A stretch of 64,000 nucleotides of DNA, taken from positions 62,001 to 126,000 of the IMG/VR virus record IMGVR_UViG_3300045256_000050. The stretch is one strand, 5' to 3'. Positions 9,962 through 19,761 of this stretch are shown in pieces (the first letter of the stretch is position 1; each line of letters opens with the position of its first letter). Made by a program: the position numbers and the translations under genes. Under the pieces are notes generated by a model. The model was not told where the DNA came from. It worked only from the letters and a program-made list of their open reading frames with translations, and searched no databases.

Positions 9962-11479
9962 ATGTCAGGAGCCTGTAATTTAGCAACCGATTGCATCAAG
10001 CGTCCGCCCGAGGGGCACACGCTTTCGCCGTTCGTCCGCATCAAGTTCAAGGTGTCGGGCATCGAGATCAGCGTGGGCAACGACTCCGCTCCGTCCATCG
10101 AGAACCGTGCCTGCATCAAGGACTTCGAGTTCGGGCACGGCAACGGGTTCGAGTGCCGTGTTACGATTCACGATGACTTCGGCGGCTCGTTCACGAAGTT
10201 CATGGAAGACATTCTGAAGGACGCCAAGTGCGCCACGCCCGCCGGTGGCGTGACGATGGAGGTTGACTTCGGGTGGATCAACTCGCTGTGCGGCGGGGGC
10301 GGCGGCATCGTCGAGAAATCTCCGAAATATCACATGATGTGCATGGACATCGTGTGTAACTTCGCCGGTGGTAAGTTCATGTTCGAGGTTACGGGCAAGG
10401 ACATTACCGCCGTGGCTGCCGACGCCAAGTTCACGAAGATTTACGGCGGCGAGGGCGATCAGGCCGAGTTCTTGACTGAGGCTATCAAGAAGATGTTCAA
10501 GGAGGGACCGACTGAACCCATCGTGGCGGACGTGAAGTTCCTCCGGGTGGGTAGCGGGTCGTGCGGCGGCAGCCCCGAGCCGTGCGGGTTCGATAAGTTC
10601 GACAACGGCGACCGGATGAGGGGGCCGAAGGGCAAGTGGGAGGCCAACAACGTAGACAAGATCACGGCCGCACTGAACTGGCTGAAGGACTACAACACGG
10701 ACCGGAAGAAGGGCTGGATTCCCGCCTACAACTCCGAGGCCGAGGGCGGCGAGATGATCTTCTGGGAAGACACGAAGCCGAACTGCGGCGAGACGCTGGA
10801 TTGGGAAGGCCGGATGTTGGGTGCCTACGTCATCAACGGCGGGCAGTACAGCAAGGTCGTCGAGTTCAACCCGAAGATCAAGTGGAACTTCTCTTCACTG
10901 ACGAACGCCGGTGGTAGCATGGGTGAAGCCCAGACCAGCGGCAACCCGGACACGGGCGGTCGCAACGAGGGCATCTACGACTGCGAATCTTTGCGTCGTG
11001 AACGACTCGGCGACACGGGTTCGCAAACAACTTCCGCCGCCGACGAGAACATGGTCAACCGGGAAGGCGGGCGGGCCAACATCGAAACCGAGCGGGCGCA
11101 AAGTAAGCAGCAGAAAGCCTTTAAGTTGGATCACTACCCCATCGAGGCGGACCTTGTGGTGGTAGGCGAGCCGACGCTGCTGCGGCCGAGTTTGTGTCTT
11201 TACCGCAATCTCTGGCTTATCTTCTTCAACCCTTTCTTTATTAACGGAGGGGGGCAGGGTAGGTGTGGGGACTGGTTGTCGGTCCCGCCGCCGGGCTGTA
11301 ACCCCATCTTGAGTAACAAGGCTTGGTTGATTAAGCAGGTGGTTCACCGAATCACCGGGGACGGGAAGTTCACCACCAACTTCCAGGTCTTCTTGACAGG
11401 CCCAGGCGTTGACACGAACGTGGGCGAGCCGGTGGGTGGATTGGGATCGGGCGGCTGGGTGCCGCCTGCGAATTGCTAA
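9962..11479 (+). CDS. Baseplate hub protein (gp27 / late control D-like), Cys-rich
   Basis: Synteny between LysM and spike genes; C-terminal IEADLVVVGEP...WLIKQVVHRI...FTT resembles hub proteins. Confidence 0.6.
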   Translation: MSGACNLATDCIKRPPEGHTLSPFVRIKFKVSGIEISVGNDSAPSIENRACIKDFEFGHGNGFECRVTIHDDFGGSFTKFMEDILKDAKCATPAGGVTMEVDFGWINSLCGGGGGIVEKSPKYHMMCMDIVCNFAGGKFMFEVTGKDITAVAADAKFTKIYGGEGDQAEFLTEAIKKMFKEGPTEPIVADVKFLRVGSGSCGGSPEPCGFDKFDNGDRMRGPKGKWEANNVDKITAALNWLKDYNTDRKKGWIPAYNSEAEGGEMIFWEDTKPNCGETLDWEGRMLGAYVINGGQYSKVVEFNPKIKWNFSSLTNAGGSMGEAQTSGNPDTGGRNEGIYDCESLRRERLGDTGSQTTSAADENMVNREGGRANIETERAQSKQQKAFKLDHYPIEADLVVVGEPTLLRPSLCLYRNLWLIFFNPFFINGGGQGRCGDWLSVPPPGCNPILSNKAWLIKQVVHRITGDGKFTTNFQVFLTGPGVDTNVGEPVGGLGSGGWVPPANC

Positions 11480-11488
11480 TGAGGATAG

Positions 11489-13699
11489 ATGACTCAACAA
11501 CAGAACGTGAGCCTGGGCAGTTACATCGACGCCCTGCATACAAAGATTACGCAACTGGAGGCAACGGTTAACGAGATGGCGGTGGACGTGAAGTCTGCCC
11601 GCCGCACCAAGTTCCCGAAGAAGACCCAATCTCCGTCGTTGCACAATATGTCCCGTGCCCTGTGCGTGTCCACCCTGGACCCGCTGAAGGAGAACCGGGT
11701 CCGCTTCTACCACCCCGTTTTACACTCCCCGGACACGCCGATCAAGTCCCTGCCGTTCGCCAAGCCCGTCAGCACGATGGGCGGGTTCGACGACTGCGGC
11801 TTGAATTGGGTGCCGCCGCCGGGATCGACCATCTGCATGTTGTTTGAGAACGGCGTCCGGTCGCAGCCGTACTACATCGGGACGATGTGGCACCGGGACC
11901 GTGGGCCGGGCGGGAGCAAGTTCGGCTTCCCGGTTCAGGAATACTATCAGGTCTACAGCGGCCACCGGAAGGGCTACCTCGTCGGCCCGAACGACGAGTC
12001 CCAGGTTCTCCCGCCGTGGAACACCGAGTCGTACAACGGCAAGGACTTCAACTCCCTGCGTGAGTTCGTGAACAACTCCGAGGAGCAACGCCGCCTCACA
12101 TACCCGAACATCTACGGGTTCAAGACGCCTGAAAAACACATGCTGAAGATGGTGGACGGTGACGCCAAGTGTAACCGCCGCTGGAAACGTATCGAGATCA
12201 TGTCCGGTTGCGGCAACTGGATGATCTTCAAGGACGATCACATCCACTACGGCGGGCAGTGGTCCCACCCGAGTTGTCCGCCGACCCCCGGCGGTAGCGA
12301 CCTGGGGCCGTGTTCGGAAAACCAGGGGGCGTTGCCGTACTTCACCGACCCGCACGGCAAACCGATTGAAAAAGAGGACAACTGCGACGACCCGATCCTG
12401 GGCGGGCACCCGAGTACGCCCGACCCGAACTCGAAGTATTACAAGTCGCAGAAGGGTGCCAACAAATACTTCAAGCACCAGAACGAGTGCCGCCCGTACC
12501 GTGGGCCGGGTACGCCGCAGAACAACAAGTGCGACCTGCCGCAGTCGGGTGTGCAGATTCTCTCGATTGGCGGGCACACGATGGTGTTCGACGACTCGGT
12601 TGAGGAACCCCGTGGCAAGCCGATCTGGGAGCGGTCGATGGATCAGTTCGACTTCGGCTGCACGGACAAGTTCGAGGGCCGGATGTACATCAAGTCGGCC
12701 ACGGGTCACGCCTTCATCATGAACGATAAGGAGGAGGACACGGGCCTGCGTGGGAAGGACAACTACATCCGTTTGCAGACGGCGACGGGCAACAAGATCG
12801 AGATGAACGACGAGACGATTGGCTCGCCGGGGTGCATCCCGTGTCCGCCGAACTACGCTGGTGAGAACCGTGGTATTCACCTTCAGTCCACGAGCAACCA
12901 CCAGATCAACATGGTTGACCACATGAACAAGCAGTGCGGCCCGTGCCGCACCGAGGGTGGCACGCCGCAGGCGAAGGCGACGAAGGCGTACATTCAGATT
13001 CGGTCCGGGTACGGGCTGGAGATGCGGTACAACGACGACAACAGCCAGGAGGAGACGCAGAACCAGTGGATTCAGATCACGCACCCGCAGTGCGTGGACC
13101 CGCAGAACGACCCGAAATGTAACCGGGAGCGTGGGCCGCACTTCCTGCGGTTCCAGGGTCGGCCGCAGGGCCAGCCGGGCGTTGTTATGCTACGGGCCGG
13201 TGGTCACGCCATCCGACAGACGTATGACATGGACATTGTTTTGGTCGGGGATAAAGATAAGAACCCGTCCGACAAGTTTACATATGTTTCTAAGCGGCAC
13301 ATTCGGGCGACGGAGGAAACTGACTTCCGGTATGCCGGTGATCTACATATTCTCTTTGCCGAGAAGTACATATTGCTGATGGCCGGTCGGGACTGCCCGC
13401 CGCCTGCTGGCAAGAAGTGTTGTGGTCCCTGCCTTTACCCGGTCATTCTCGGCCGGTGCCCGGTCATCTGTCCTCTCACCGGCATTGTTCACTGGACCGA
13501 GATGGCTATGAGCGAGCGTGTGTTCGCCTCCGGTTACATGGCACCGCCGTGTCCGCCTGCTCCTGGTTGCTCGGGTCCGGGAGCCAAGAAGGGCTGCAAG
13601 GAGGATGACGAGCAGACGCAGGACATTGACACGGGCAACGGCTCGGTCACTGTCGGCGGCGGCTTGAACTTTAACGCCACCGGAGGCCCGACCTTATGA
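11489..13699 (+). CDS. gp5: Baseplate central spike, gp5/VgrG-like OB-fold plus beta-helix repeats
   Basis: DPLKENRVR...WVPPPGSTICMLFENG...PYYIG OB-fold motif; repeated G/H-x-hydrophobic-x-M/F-x-D strands. Confidence 0.8.
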   Translation: MTQQQNVSLGSYIDALHTKITQLEATVNEMAVDVKSARRTKFPKKTQSPSLHNMSRALCVSTLDPLKENRVRFYHPVLHSPDTPIKSLPFAKPVSTMGGFDDCGLNWVPPPGSTICMLFENGVRSQPYYIGTMWHRDRGPGGSKFGFPVQEYYQVYSGHRKGYLVGPNDESQVLPPWNTESYNGKDFNSLREFVNNSEEQRRLTYPNIYGFKTPEKHMLKMVDGDAKCNRRWKRIEIMSGCGNWMIFKDDHIHYGGQWSHPSCPPTPGGSDLGPCSENQGALPYFTDPHGKPIEKEDNCDDPILGGHPSTPDPNSKYYKSQKGANKYFKHQNECRPYRGPGTPQNNKCDLPQSGVQILSIGGHTMVFDDSVEEPRGKPIWERSMDQFDFGCTDKFEGRMYIKSATGHAFIMNDKEEDTGLRGKDNYIRLQTATGNKIEMNDETIGSPGCIPCPPNYAGENRGIHLQSTSNHQINMVDHMNKQCGPCRTEGGTPQAKATKAYIQIRSGYGLEMRYNDDNSQEETQNQWIQITHPQCVDPQNDPKCNRERGPHFLRFQGRPQGQPGVVMLRAGGHAIRQTYDMDIVLVGDKDKNPSDKFTYVSKRHIRATEETDFRYAGDLHILFAEKYILLMAGRDCPPPAGKKCCGPCLYPVILGRCPVICPLTGIVHWTEMAMSERVFASGYMAPPCPPAPGCSGPGAKKGCKEDDEQTQDIDTGNGSVTVGGGLNFNATGGPTL

Positions 13700-14127
13700 C
13701 AACGAAACCGAAGTTCATCGGGTGCCAGTACCCGTTGATGAAGACGCCTCGGGGCATCATGGCCCAGAAGAACGGCGTTGACCAGATCAAGGCCGACATG
13801 CTCCAACTCCTGCTCACCAACCCCGGCGAGCGGGTGATGTTGGCTGACTACGGTGTGCCGTTGCGGAAGCTGATCTTCGAGCCGAACGACGTTGGGCTGG
13901 AGATTCAGGCCCGGAACATGATCGCCGAAGCTATTACTAAATGGGAGCCACGGGTTGTTCTGCAACAGGTTCAGGTGAGTTCGGTCGTCGATATCGGCGA
14001 CCTCGCCCCGGACGACCCCCGTGAAGACACGCCGCACGTCTTGTCGATCAAGATATTGTTCTACGACCCGCAGAACATTACGGAAGTGCAGGAATTGAAA
14101 CTCGAAGTGCCACTAGGGAGCGTCTAA
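13696..14127 (+). CDS. gp25: Baseplate wedge protein gp25-like
   Basis: LLLTNPGERVMLADYG...AITKWEPRV. Confidence 0.9.
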   Translation: MTTKPKFIGCQYPLMKTPRGIMAQKNGVDQIKADMLQLLLTNPGERVMLADYGVPLRKLIFEPNDVGLEIQARNMIAEAITKWEPRVVLQQVQVSSVVDIGDLAPDDPREDTPHVLSIKILFYDPQNITEVQELKLEVPLGSV

Positions 14128-15680
14128 TGCAAGCAGGATGTCCGGTAGTAGTCGTACCTTACGACCAGAGTAGGTTAATCAAGAATCCGAACTTGGTGTC
14201 CATCAACTACACCAACCAGGACTTCTGGTCGATGAAGGCACGCCTTGTGGACTACATCAAGGAGAAGTTTGCGGACGATTTCAATGACTTCGTTGAGTCG
14301 TCCATCGCCATCATGTTGATCGAGAATTGGGCGTATATCGCAGACACGCTCTCGTTCAAGATCGACCAGATCGCAAACGAAATCTTCATCGATACCGTCA
14401 GTGAAACCGACAACGCCTTCCGCCTGTCGCAACTCGTCGGGTTCAAGCCGACCCCGCCGATTGCGGCCCGGAGCTTGTGGAGCGCCACGTCCACCCAGGT
14501 TCTCGAAACGGACCTGACCATCGACGTGCCGGTAGCCATCGACATCACGACCGAAGTCGGTGCCCGGACCATCGAGCTTTTCGCCGCCGACAGCAACAAC
14601 AACCCGATCTTTAACGAGCCGATCATCATCCCGGCCGGGAGCTTCATTAACACGTCCATCGTGGGCGTCGAGGGGCAGACCCGTGAGCAGATCGAACGGG
14701 GCGACGGGTCGATCAACCAGTTCTACCAGTTGGGCTTCGGCCCGGTGATCTGGAACTCGATCCGGGTGTACGTTGACGGGGTGCCGTGGGAGCAGGTGGA
14801 TTACTTCACCGATTCGCAACCCCGGCGGGAGTTCCGGGTGGAATATGACCCGGATTACAACGCATTCATCTTGTTTGGAAACAACCGGGCGGGTATGATC
14901 CCGTCTAACAACTCCGAGATTCGGATTCTGTACCGGACGGGCGGTGGCGTGGCCGGTAACATCGTGACCGGATCGGTGGAATTGCAGAGAAACTTCGTCC
15001 TTCCTGGGTTCGATTTGCGTATCCCGGTGACGTTCCGAAACTATACTAAGGGTGAGTTCGGGTACGCTGGCGACGGCATCGAAGACATTAAGAGAAAGCT
15101 GCCGCCGTACCTCAGAACGCAGAACCGCTGCGTGACGGGCGACGACTACCAGACGTTCGCCAACCAGTTCGTGACGCCGTACAACGGCCAGATCGGCAAG
15201 GCGACGGCGGTGTTGAGAAACTACGGGTGTGCGGCGAACATCGTTGACATCTACGTTCTGGCCCGATCCGAGGAAGACCAGTTGGTCGAGGCCGGGAACG
15301 AACTGAAGCGGGCGTTGAGCGATGCCCTCAGTGAAGTCAAGATGTTCACCGATTACGTCTGCATCAAGGACGGGTCGGTCATCGAGGTTGACGTGCAGAT
15401 CGACCTGACGATGGACAAGTTCTATAAGAAGTTCGAGGACGAGTTTAAGCAGCGGGTGACGAACCGGCTGGTGACGTTCTTCTCACTGAACAATTGGGAC
15501 TACAGCCAATCGCTGAAGGCCATTGACATTGTGAAGGAAGTGTCCGACATCAAAGAGATCAGGACGGTGGACGTGAACCTCGTGACGGACGACGAGGACA
15601 ACTCCGGGCAGTTGGTGGTGGCTCAGTTCTACCAAATCATCCGTCCCCAGGTGGTCGAAGTTAACTTCATCTACGAGTGA
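14127..15680 (+). CDS. gp6: Baseplate wedge protein gp6 / baseplate J-like
   Basis: NYTNQDFWSMK...DFNDFVESS..MLIE; YRTGGGVAGN; QNRCVTGDDY. Confidence 0.9.
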   Translation: MQAGCPVVVVPYDQSRLIKNPNLVSINYTNQDFWSMKARLVDYIKEKFADDFNDFVESSIAIMLIENWAYIADTLSFKIDQIANEIFIDTVSETDNAFRLSQLVGFKPTPPIAARSLWSATSTQVLETDLTIDVPVAIDITTEVGARTIELFAADSNNNPIFNEPIIIPAGSFINTSIVGVEGQTREQIERGDGSINQFYQLGFGPVIWNSIRVYVDGVPWEQVDYFTDSQPRREFRVEYDPDYNAFILFGNNRAGMIPSNNSEIRILYRTGGGVAGNIVTGSVELQRNFVLPGFDLRIPVTFRNYTKGEFGYAGDGIEDIKRKLPPYLRTQNRCVTGDDYQTFANQFVTPYNGQIGKATAVLRNYGCAANIVDIYVLARSEEDQLVEAGNELKRALSDALSEVKMFTDYVCIKDGSVIEVDVQIDLTMDKFYKKFEDEFKQRVTNRLVTFFSLNNWDYSQSLKAIDIVKEVSDIKEIRTVDVNLVTDDEDNSGQLVVAQFYQIIRPQVVEVNFIYE

Positions 15681-15682
15681 GA

Positions 15683-18600
15683 ATGGCTGAGAAGAACTAC
15701 AATGACAATCCAAGAGTAACCGACACGGTTGTCTTCGATTTTACAACTCCCGACGCAGAAGGGTGCCTCACGTCCGATCCGTACAAGGTGGATCGGCTGG
15801 TGGTCTACTACGTCGAGCGGAACTTCCTCGGCAACAACTTCGGCGAATACGAACAAGTAAAATACAACGACACGCTCCTGTCTCAGACCCTTGCGGCCGA
15901 GCAGTTGGCGTGTACCGCACCTACCCCGGCGAACATTTTCGCTGCCCAGCAGCTAAGAAACGAATTGGAGTCGAAAGCTCAACGGAACCAGTTCTTCTTC
16001 AAGGATGCCGTGCCGGTAGAAACCGTTGGGACTCCACTTAACCCGGCGTGGCTCTCGTCTGACGAGGCCAACGCCCAAATCGAACACGTCACTGAAGATG
16101 AGGATGGGAACCCTCAGTTCGGCCGGTTCCGATTTAAGTGGATGCCCAACGGCTCCGTGCGGGAAGGCGACTACTTCATCTGTTGGACGTGGACCCCACT
16201 GCCAGCGGGTGACAGCCTTTCCGCACACGAATCATTCAGTATGTTGGGCGACCCTCGGGCCGTCATCACCATCCCGTCCCACATCACCCCGGAAGAGAAG
16301 TACGAGGTTCTGTTAGAACGCTACCTGCCGGAGATGTACAAGAACTATCTGGCGGACAAGGACATCACGCCCGAGACGACCGACAAGCTCAACCGGGCGG
16401 TGGCGAAGGGCTTCAAGTACCTGGAAGACTTGGCGAACCAGATCATCGACCTGTACGACGCCAACGCCCTCCATGAGAGCCTGTTGATCTACCTGTCGAA
16501 CCTGTTCAACCTCAAGCTGAAGTCCGACGACCCGACCCTGTGGCGGCGTCAGATCAAGGAGGCGATCACCCTGTTCAAGAAGAAGGGGACGCTCCAGGGC
16601 TTGCGGGATGCGTTCGCCCAGGCGGGGATGAAGCTCGAAAAACTGACTCAACTGTGGCAGGTGGTTTCGCCTTACACCTGGGTGGAGTCGTTCCGTGTTA
16701 AAGACAGCCCGGTGTTCACCCTGAGCAAGCGGGCACTGCCGGTTGACCCGGACAACTTCGGCCTGTGGATTCGGCGGGAGGGCGACGGCGTTTACCAAGA
16801 AGTGCAGAGCGACTGCGTGATCTTCGAGGATACCGATTGCAACTTCGCCACCCGGATGACCTGGGTTGGGGACGAACTGTCGTCGAACCCGATCAGCCTG
16901 TTCGAAGGCGACATCATCAAAGTGATGTACAAGTACAAGGAAGTCCCGGCCGGGCAGCAGTCCATCGAGAACTACATCCGTTCTCTGGAGTTGGCCGACG
17001 AGCGGGACGAGGTAGACCAGGAGTTCCCGCCGAAGAACTGGAACGTGAGAGTGATTGAGGAAGATGACCCGCTGTTCAGCGTGGTCGTCCCGGTCCGCCA
17101 CCCGTTCCACGAGGCGTTGGTGTTCGGGTGGATTCGCACGGAATTCCCGTACTCCGAAAACGTCTATAACATGGAAGAATATAACGGTTCGACCCGTGAG
17201 ACGGGCGACCCGTGTTTGATTGACAAGTCGTTCACCGACCCGTGCGGGGCGTGTATCGGCAGCAAGTTTAACATCGACGTGTCGGTGGAGTCGCTGAGCG
17301 ACGACCGGCTGAGCGAAGTCCGGGACATCATCCGGGAGTACACGCCGTTCCACGCCCAGGTTCACCGCATCAACTTCTACGGCTCGGTCAACGAGTTCGT
17401 GCCGCCGCCGGTGGAAACCATCGAATGCCTCGTGACCTACCGTGTCACAGACATCGTTCTGTCGGGTAACTCCAACCCATTCTTCACCCGCATCATGCCG
17501 GACGGCTGGAACCTGGAAACTCTCGGCGTGGCCCGTGACGCCCTGGCCGAGAACACGCTTGTTGTTAGTGAAACTTCCGGTATTGGCTACAACCCACGGA
17601 TTGCGGTCGTCACGCCGAACGTGAACCTTCAGAAGATCGGGTTGAACCTAGCGAAACACGTCTTCGAGGTACTGTCCCCGTCGTCGAACGCCGGGTCGTA
17701 CACAATCAGCAATCCGATCATGGAGACGGCGACGGTGGACGGCGGGGTGAGCGAGCCGATCAACGAGGCCATGTTCACCTTCCAGTTGTCTAACATCACC
17801 TACGACAACAGCCAGACGATCATCACCCAGGACGACAAGTTCAGCTTCACGTCCGACTCGGTTGACTTTGTATCGCTCGGCGTGAAGACGTTGTGGGACG
17901 TGGACAACACCCCGAACTACACGGGCGGGTCGTGGAAGGTGTCGATCCCGGCCTATGACGCCACGCCGTATGAGATTAAAGAAATCGTCGAGGGCGTGCT
18001 GATCCTGGCCGACCCGAACCGGACGCTGCCGACGACGGCCACTTCGAGCATCACGTTCGAGTTGTTGGATGACACGGACGTGACACGGGGCAGTGCCGTG
18101 GACGGCAGTCTGGAAGTCGAACGGTACGGTCGGGTGGACTTGAACGACACGGCCATCGTGGACATCCGGGAGTTCGTGCAGGTGAACGACAAGTTCATCT
18201 ACAACAACTTCGAGTACCGGGTGAGCGGGCTGGACGATCAGGAATTCATCATCGAAGACTATGTTGATGGTGATGTCAGCGGGGCGACCGTCGAGATTCG
18301 GCGGCGGCTGGTTGAGAATGACATCGGCTTCTTCGGCTACGCCGGGTTGAAGCTCCAGACGGCGGTTGACTACGAGAACTCGTTGGGGATTCTGAACGGC
18401 GAGAACGGCCCGGAAGACGAGGACGAGATCACTGACAACAGCCAGTTCAAAGAGAACTTTCTGGTGAAGATCGGGGACGACTACTACAAGATCGTCGCCA
18501 TCAACGCCACGGACATCACGCTGGACGGGCCGTCGAACGACTGGATGACGCTGGATGCGGGCGGGACGCTCGTCAACTTCTCGATCCACCAGTTCGTTGA

Positions 18601-18829
18601 GACGCCCGTCGCTACCTCGTTCATGGTGTTCGATCAGATCGACCGGCGGGGGCGTGACACGGTGGTGCGGGAAACCTTCTCGACCGTCACCGAGGATACC
18701 GAAGTGGTGGCGTTCGCCACGGGGGAAGAACCCCGGCCGACCGGCTTCTTCGATAAGGTCGAGCAGAGCGAGAAGGTGAGTTACACAATCGAGTATAAGA
18801 GTGGCAAGAAGTCCACCGGAGAAGTATGA
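15683..18829 (+). CDS. Baseplate wedge gp7 / gpI-like tail protein
   Basis: YLPEMY...LLIYLSNLF...WRRQIKEAITLFKKKGT motif; follows gp6. Confidence 0.75.
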   Translation: MAEKNYNDNPRVTDTVVFDFTTPDAEGCLTSDPYKVDRLVVYYVERNFLGNNFGEYEQVKYNDTLLSQTLAAEQLACTAPTPANIFAAQQLRNELESKAQRNQFFFKDAVPVETVGTPLNPAWLSSDEANAQIEHVTEDEDGNPQFGRFRFKWMPNGSVREGDYFICWTWTPLPAGDSLSAHESFSMLGDPRAVITIPSHITPEEKYEVLLERYLPEMYKNYLADKDITPETTDKLNRAVAKGFKYLEDLANQIIDLYDANALHESLLIYLSNLFNLKLKSDDPTLWRRQIKEAITLFKKKGTLQGLRDAFAQAGMKLEKLTQLWQVVSPYTWVESFRVKDSPVFTLSKRALPVDPDNFGLWIRREGDGVYQEVQSDCVIFEDTDCNFATRMTWVGDELSSNPISLFEGDIIKVMYKYKEVPAGQQSIENYIRSLELADERDEVDQEFPPKNWNVRVIEEDDPLFSVVVPVRHPFHEALVFGWIRTEFPYSENVYNMEEYNGSTRETGDPCLIDKSFTDPCGACIGSKFNIDVSVESLSDDRLSEVRDIIREYTPFHAQVHRINFYGSVNEFVPPPVETIECLVTYRVTDIVLSGNSNPFFTRIMPDGWNLETLGVARDALAENTLVVSETSGIGYNPRIAVVTPNVNLQKIGLNLAKHVFEVLSPSSNAGSYTISNPIMETATVDGGVSEPINEAMFTFQLSNITYDNSQTIITQDDKFSFTSDSVDFVSLGVKTLWDVDNTPNYTGGSWKVSIPAYDATPYEIKEIVEGVLILADPNRTLPTTATSSITFELLDDTDVTRGSAVDGSLEVERYGRVDLNDTAIVDIREFVQVNDKFIYNNFEYRVSGLDDQEFIIEDYVDGDVSGATVEIRRRLVENDIGFFGYAGLKLQTAVDYENSLGILNGENGPEDEDEITDNSQFKENFLVKIGDDYYKIVAINATDITLDGPSNDWMTLDAGGTLVNFSIHQFVETPVATSFMVFDQIDRRGRDTVVRETFSTVTEDTEVVAFATGEEPRPTGFFDKVEQSEKVSYTIEYKSGKKSTGEV

Positions 18830-19302
18830 AACTTGAATCAAGAGTAGATGTATACGGTCACGTCTTTGGCGTGATCGATTACAAAGACGGACGGAGCGAG
18901 AGGTTCGACTTCCCCAACACGATCCTTCGTGGTGGGCGTCGTGCCCTGGCCCTGGGCCTCGCCAATCAGGTCGGGGACGCCTTCGAGTTCTACGTCACCC
19001 GCATGATGTTCGGGGACGGCGGGACGTTCAACGGCGTGAAGAAGTTTGTGAACGCCGACCGGAATGGGTTGTTCGGCGTTACCCGGCTGTCGAAGCCGGT
19101 GATTGCAAACATCGACATCAACGTGCCGACGCAGGTCATCTTTACCTCGGTCATCACGTTCGACGAGGCGGTTGGCGTCGTCCTGAACGAGATGGCCTTG
19201 CAGATGGCGACCGGCGACTTGTACAGCATGGTGACGTTCCCGGACTTGAGCAAGACTGAGGAAATGCAGATCACCTGGAACTGGCACATCTCTTACAGCT
19301 AA
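18826..19302 (+). CDS. Tail fibre attachment / tail-collar-type protein
   Basis: NTILRGGRRALA...VTRMMFGDGG...VIFTSVI...LNEMAL pattern found at fibre N-termini; follows gp7-like gene. Confidence 0.55.
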   Translation: MKLESRVDVYGHVFGVIDYKDGRSERFDFPNTILRGGRRALALGLANQVGDAFEFYVTRMMFGDGGTFNGVKKFVNADRNGLFGVTRLSKPVIANIDINVPTQVIFTSVITFDEAVGVVLNEMALQMATGDLYSMVTFPDLSKTEEMQITWNWHISYS

Positions 19303-19310
19303 AAGGTAAC

Positions 19311-19754
19311 ATGAAGACTGTTGAAGAATGGATTGCGAAGTGGAATGAGACTCGGCTGTTGACCAACCTGCCGGAAGAGAAAGTCAGGCCGACGGCCTGT
19401 GCGTTGTCCAACCAGATCGGCTACAACGAGCGGAGTCAATTCCTGCCTGCGTTCCAGCGGTTGTCCATCCCCATCCTGCGGCGGGTGTTCGGCGGGATGA
19501 AGGCTAAGAATGTGACATCCAAGTTGGTTGAGACGCCGACCAAGAGCCACGTCGTCAACCTAGACCCTTTCAACGTTACGGAACTACAGTATGACGGTCA
19601 TGGTGGATACAACCTTGAGTTTGAGGCCCAGCGGACCGCCGAATACTGTGTCAAGCTCGCCGAGTACATCGACGAGTTGGCTTCGAAAGTTGATGAATTC
19701 GTCCTGCTCGGGATCGGGTGGAACGGATCAAACGTCGTCCTCTATACTGAATGA
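19311..19754 (+). CDS. Small protein whose N-terminal half is paralogous to the N-terminus of the major capsid protein
   Basis: KWNETRLL...TACALSNQ...FQRLSIPILRRVF aligns with KWAKTKLL...TAVLLENQ...FKRISIPLVRRIY of the capsid gene at 63114. Confidence 0.75.
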   Translation: MKTVEEWIAKWNETRLLTNLPEEKVRPTACALSNQIGYNERSQFLPAFQRLSIPILRRVFGGMKAKNVTSKLVETPTKSHVVNLDPFNVTELQYDGHGGYNLEFEAQRTAEYCVKLAEYIDELASKVDEFVLLGIGWNGSNVVLYTE

Positions 19755-19761
19755 AGGAAAG

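Noticed and set aside
9099-19302. Baseplate block as a bacterial extracellular contractile injection system
   Set aside because: Terminase, portal, protease and capsid genes in the same continuous region show it is a phage tail module.
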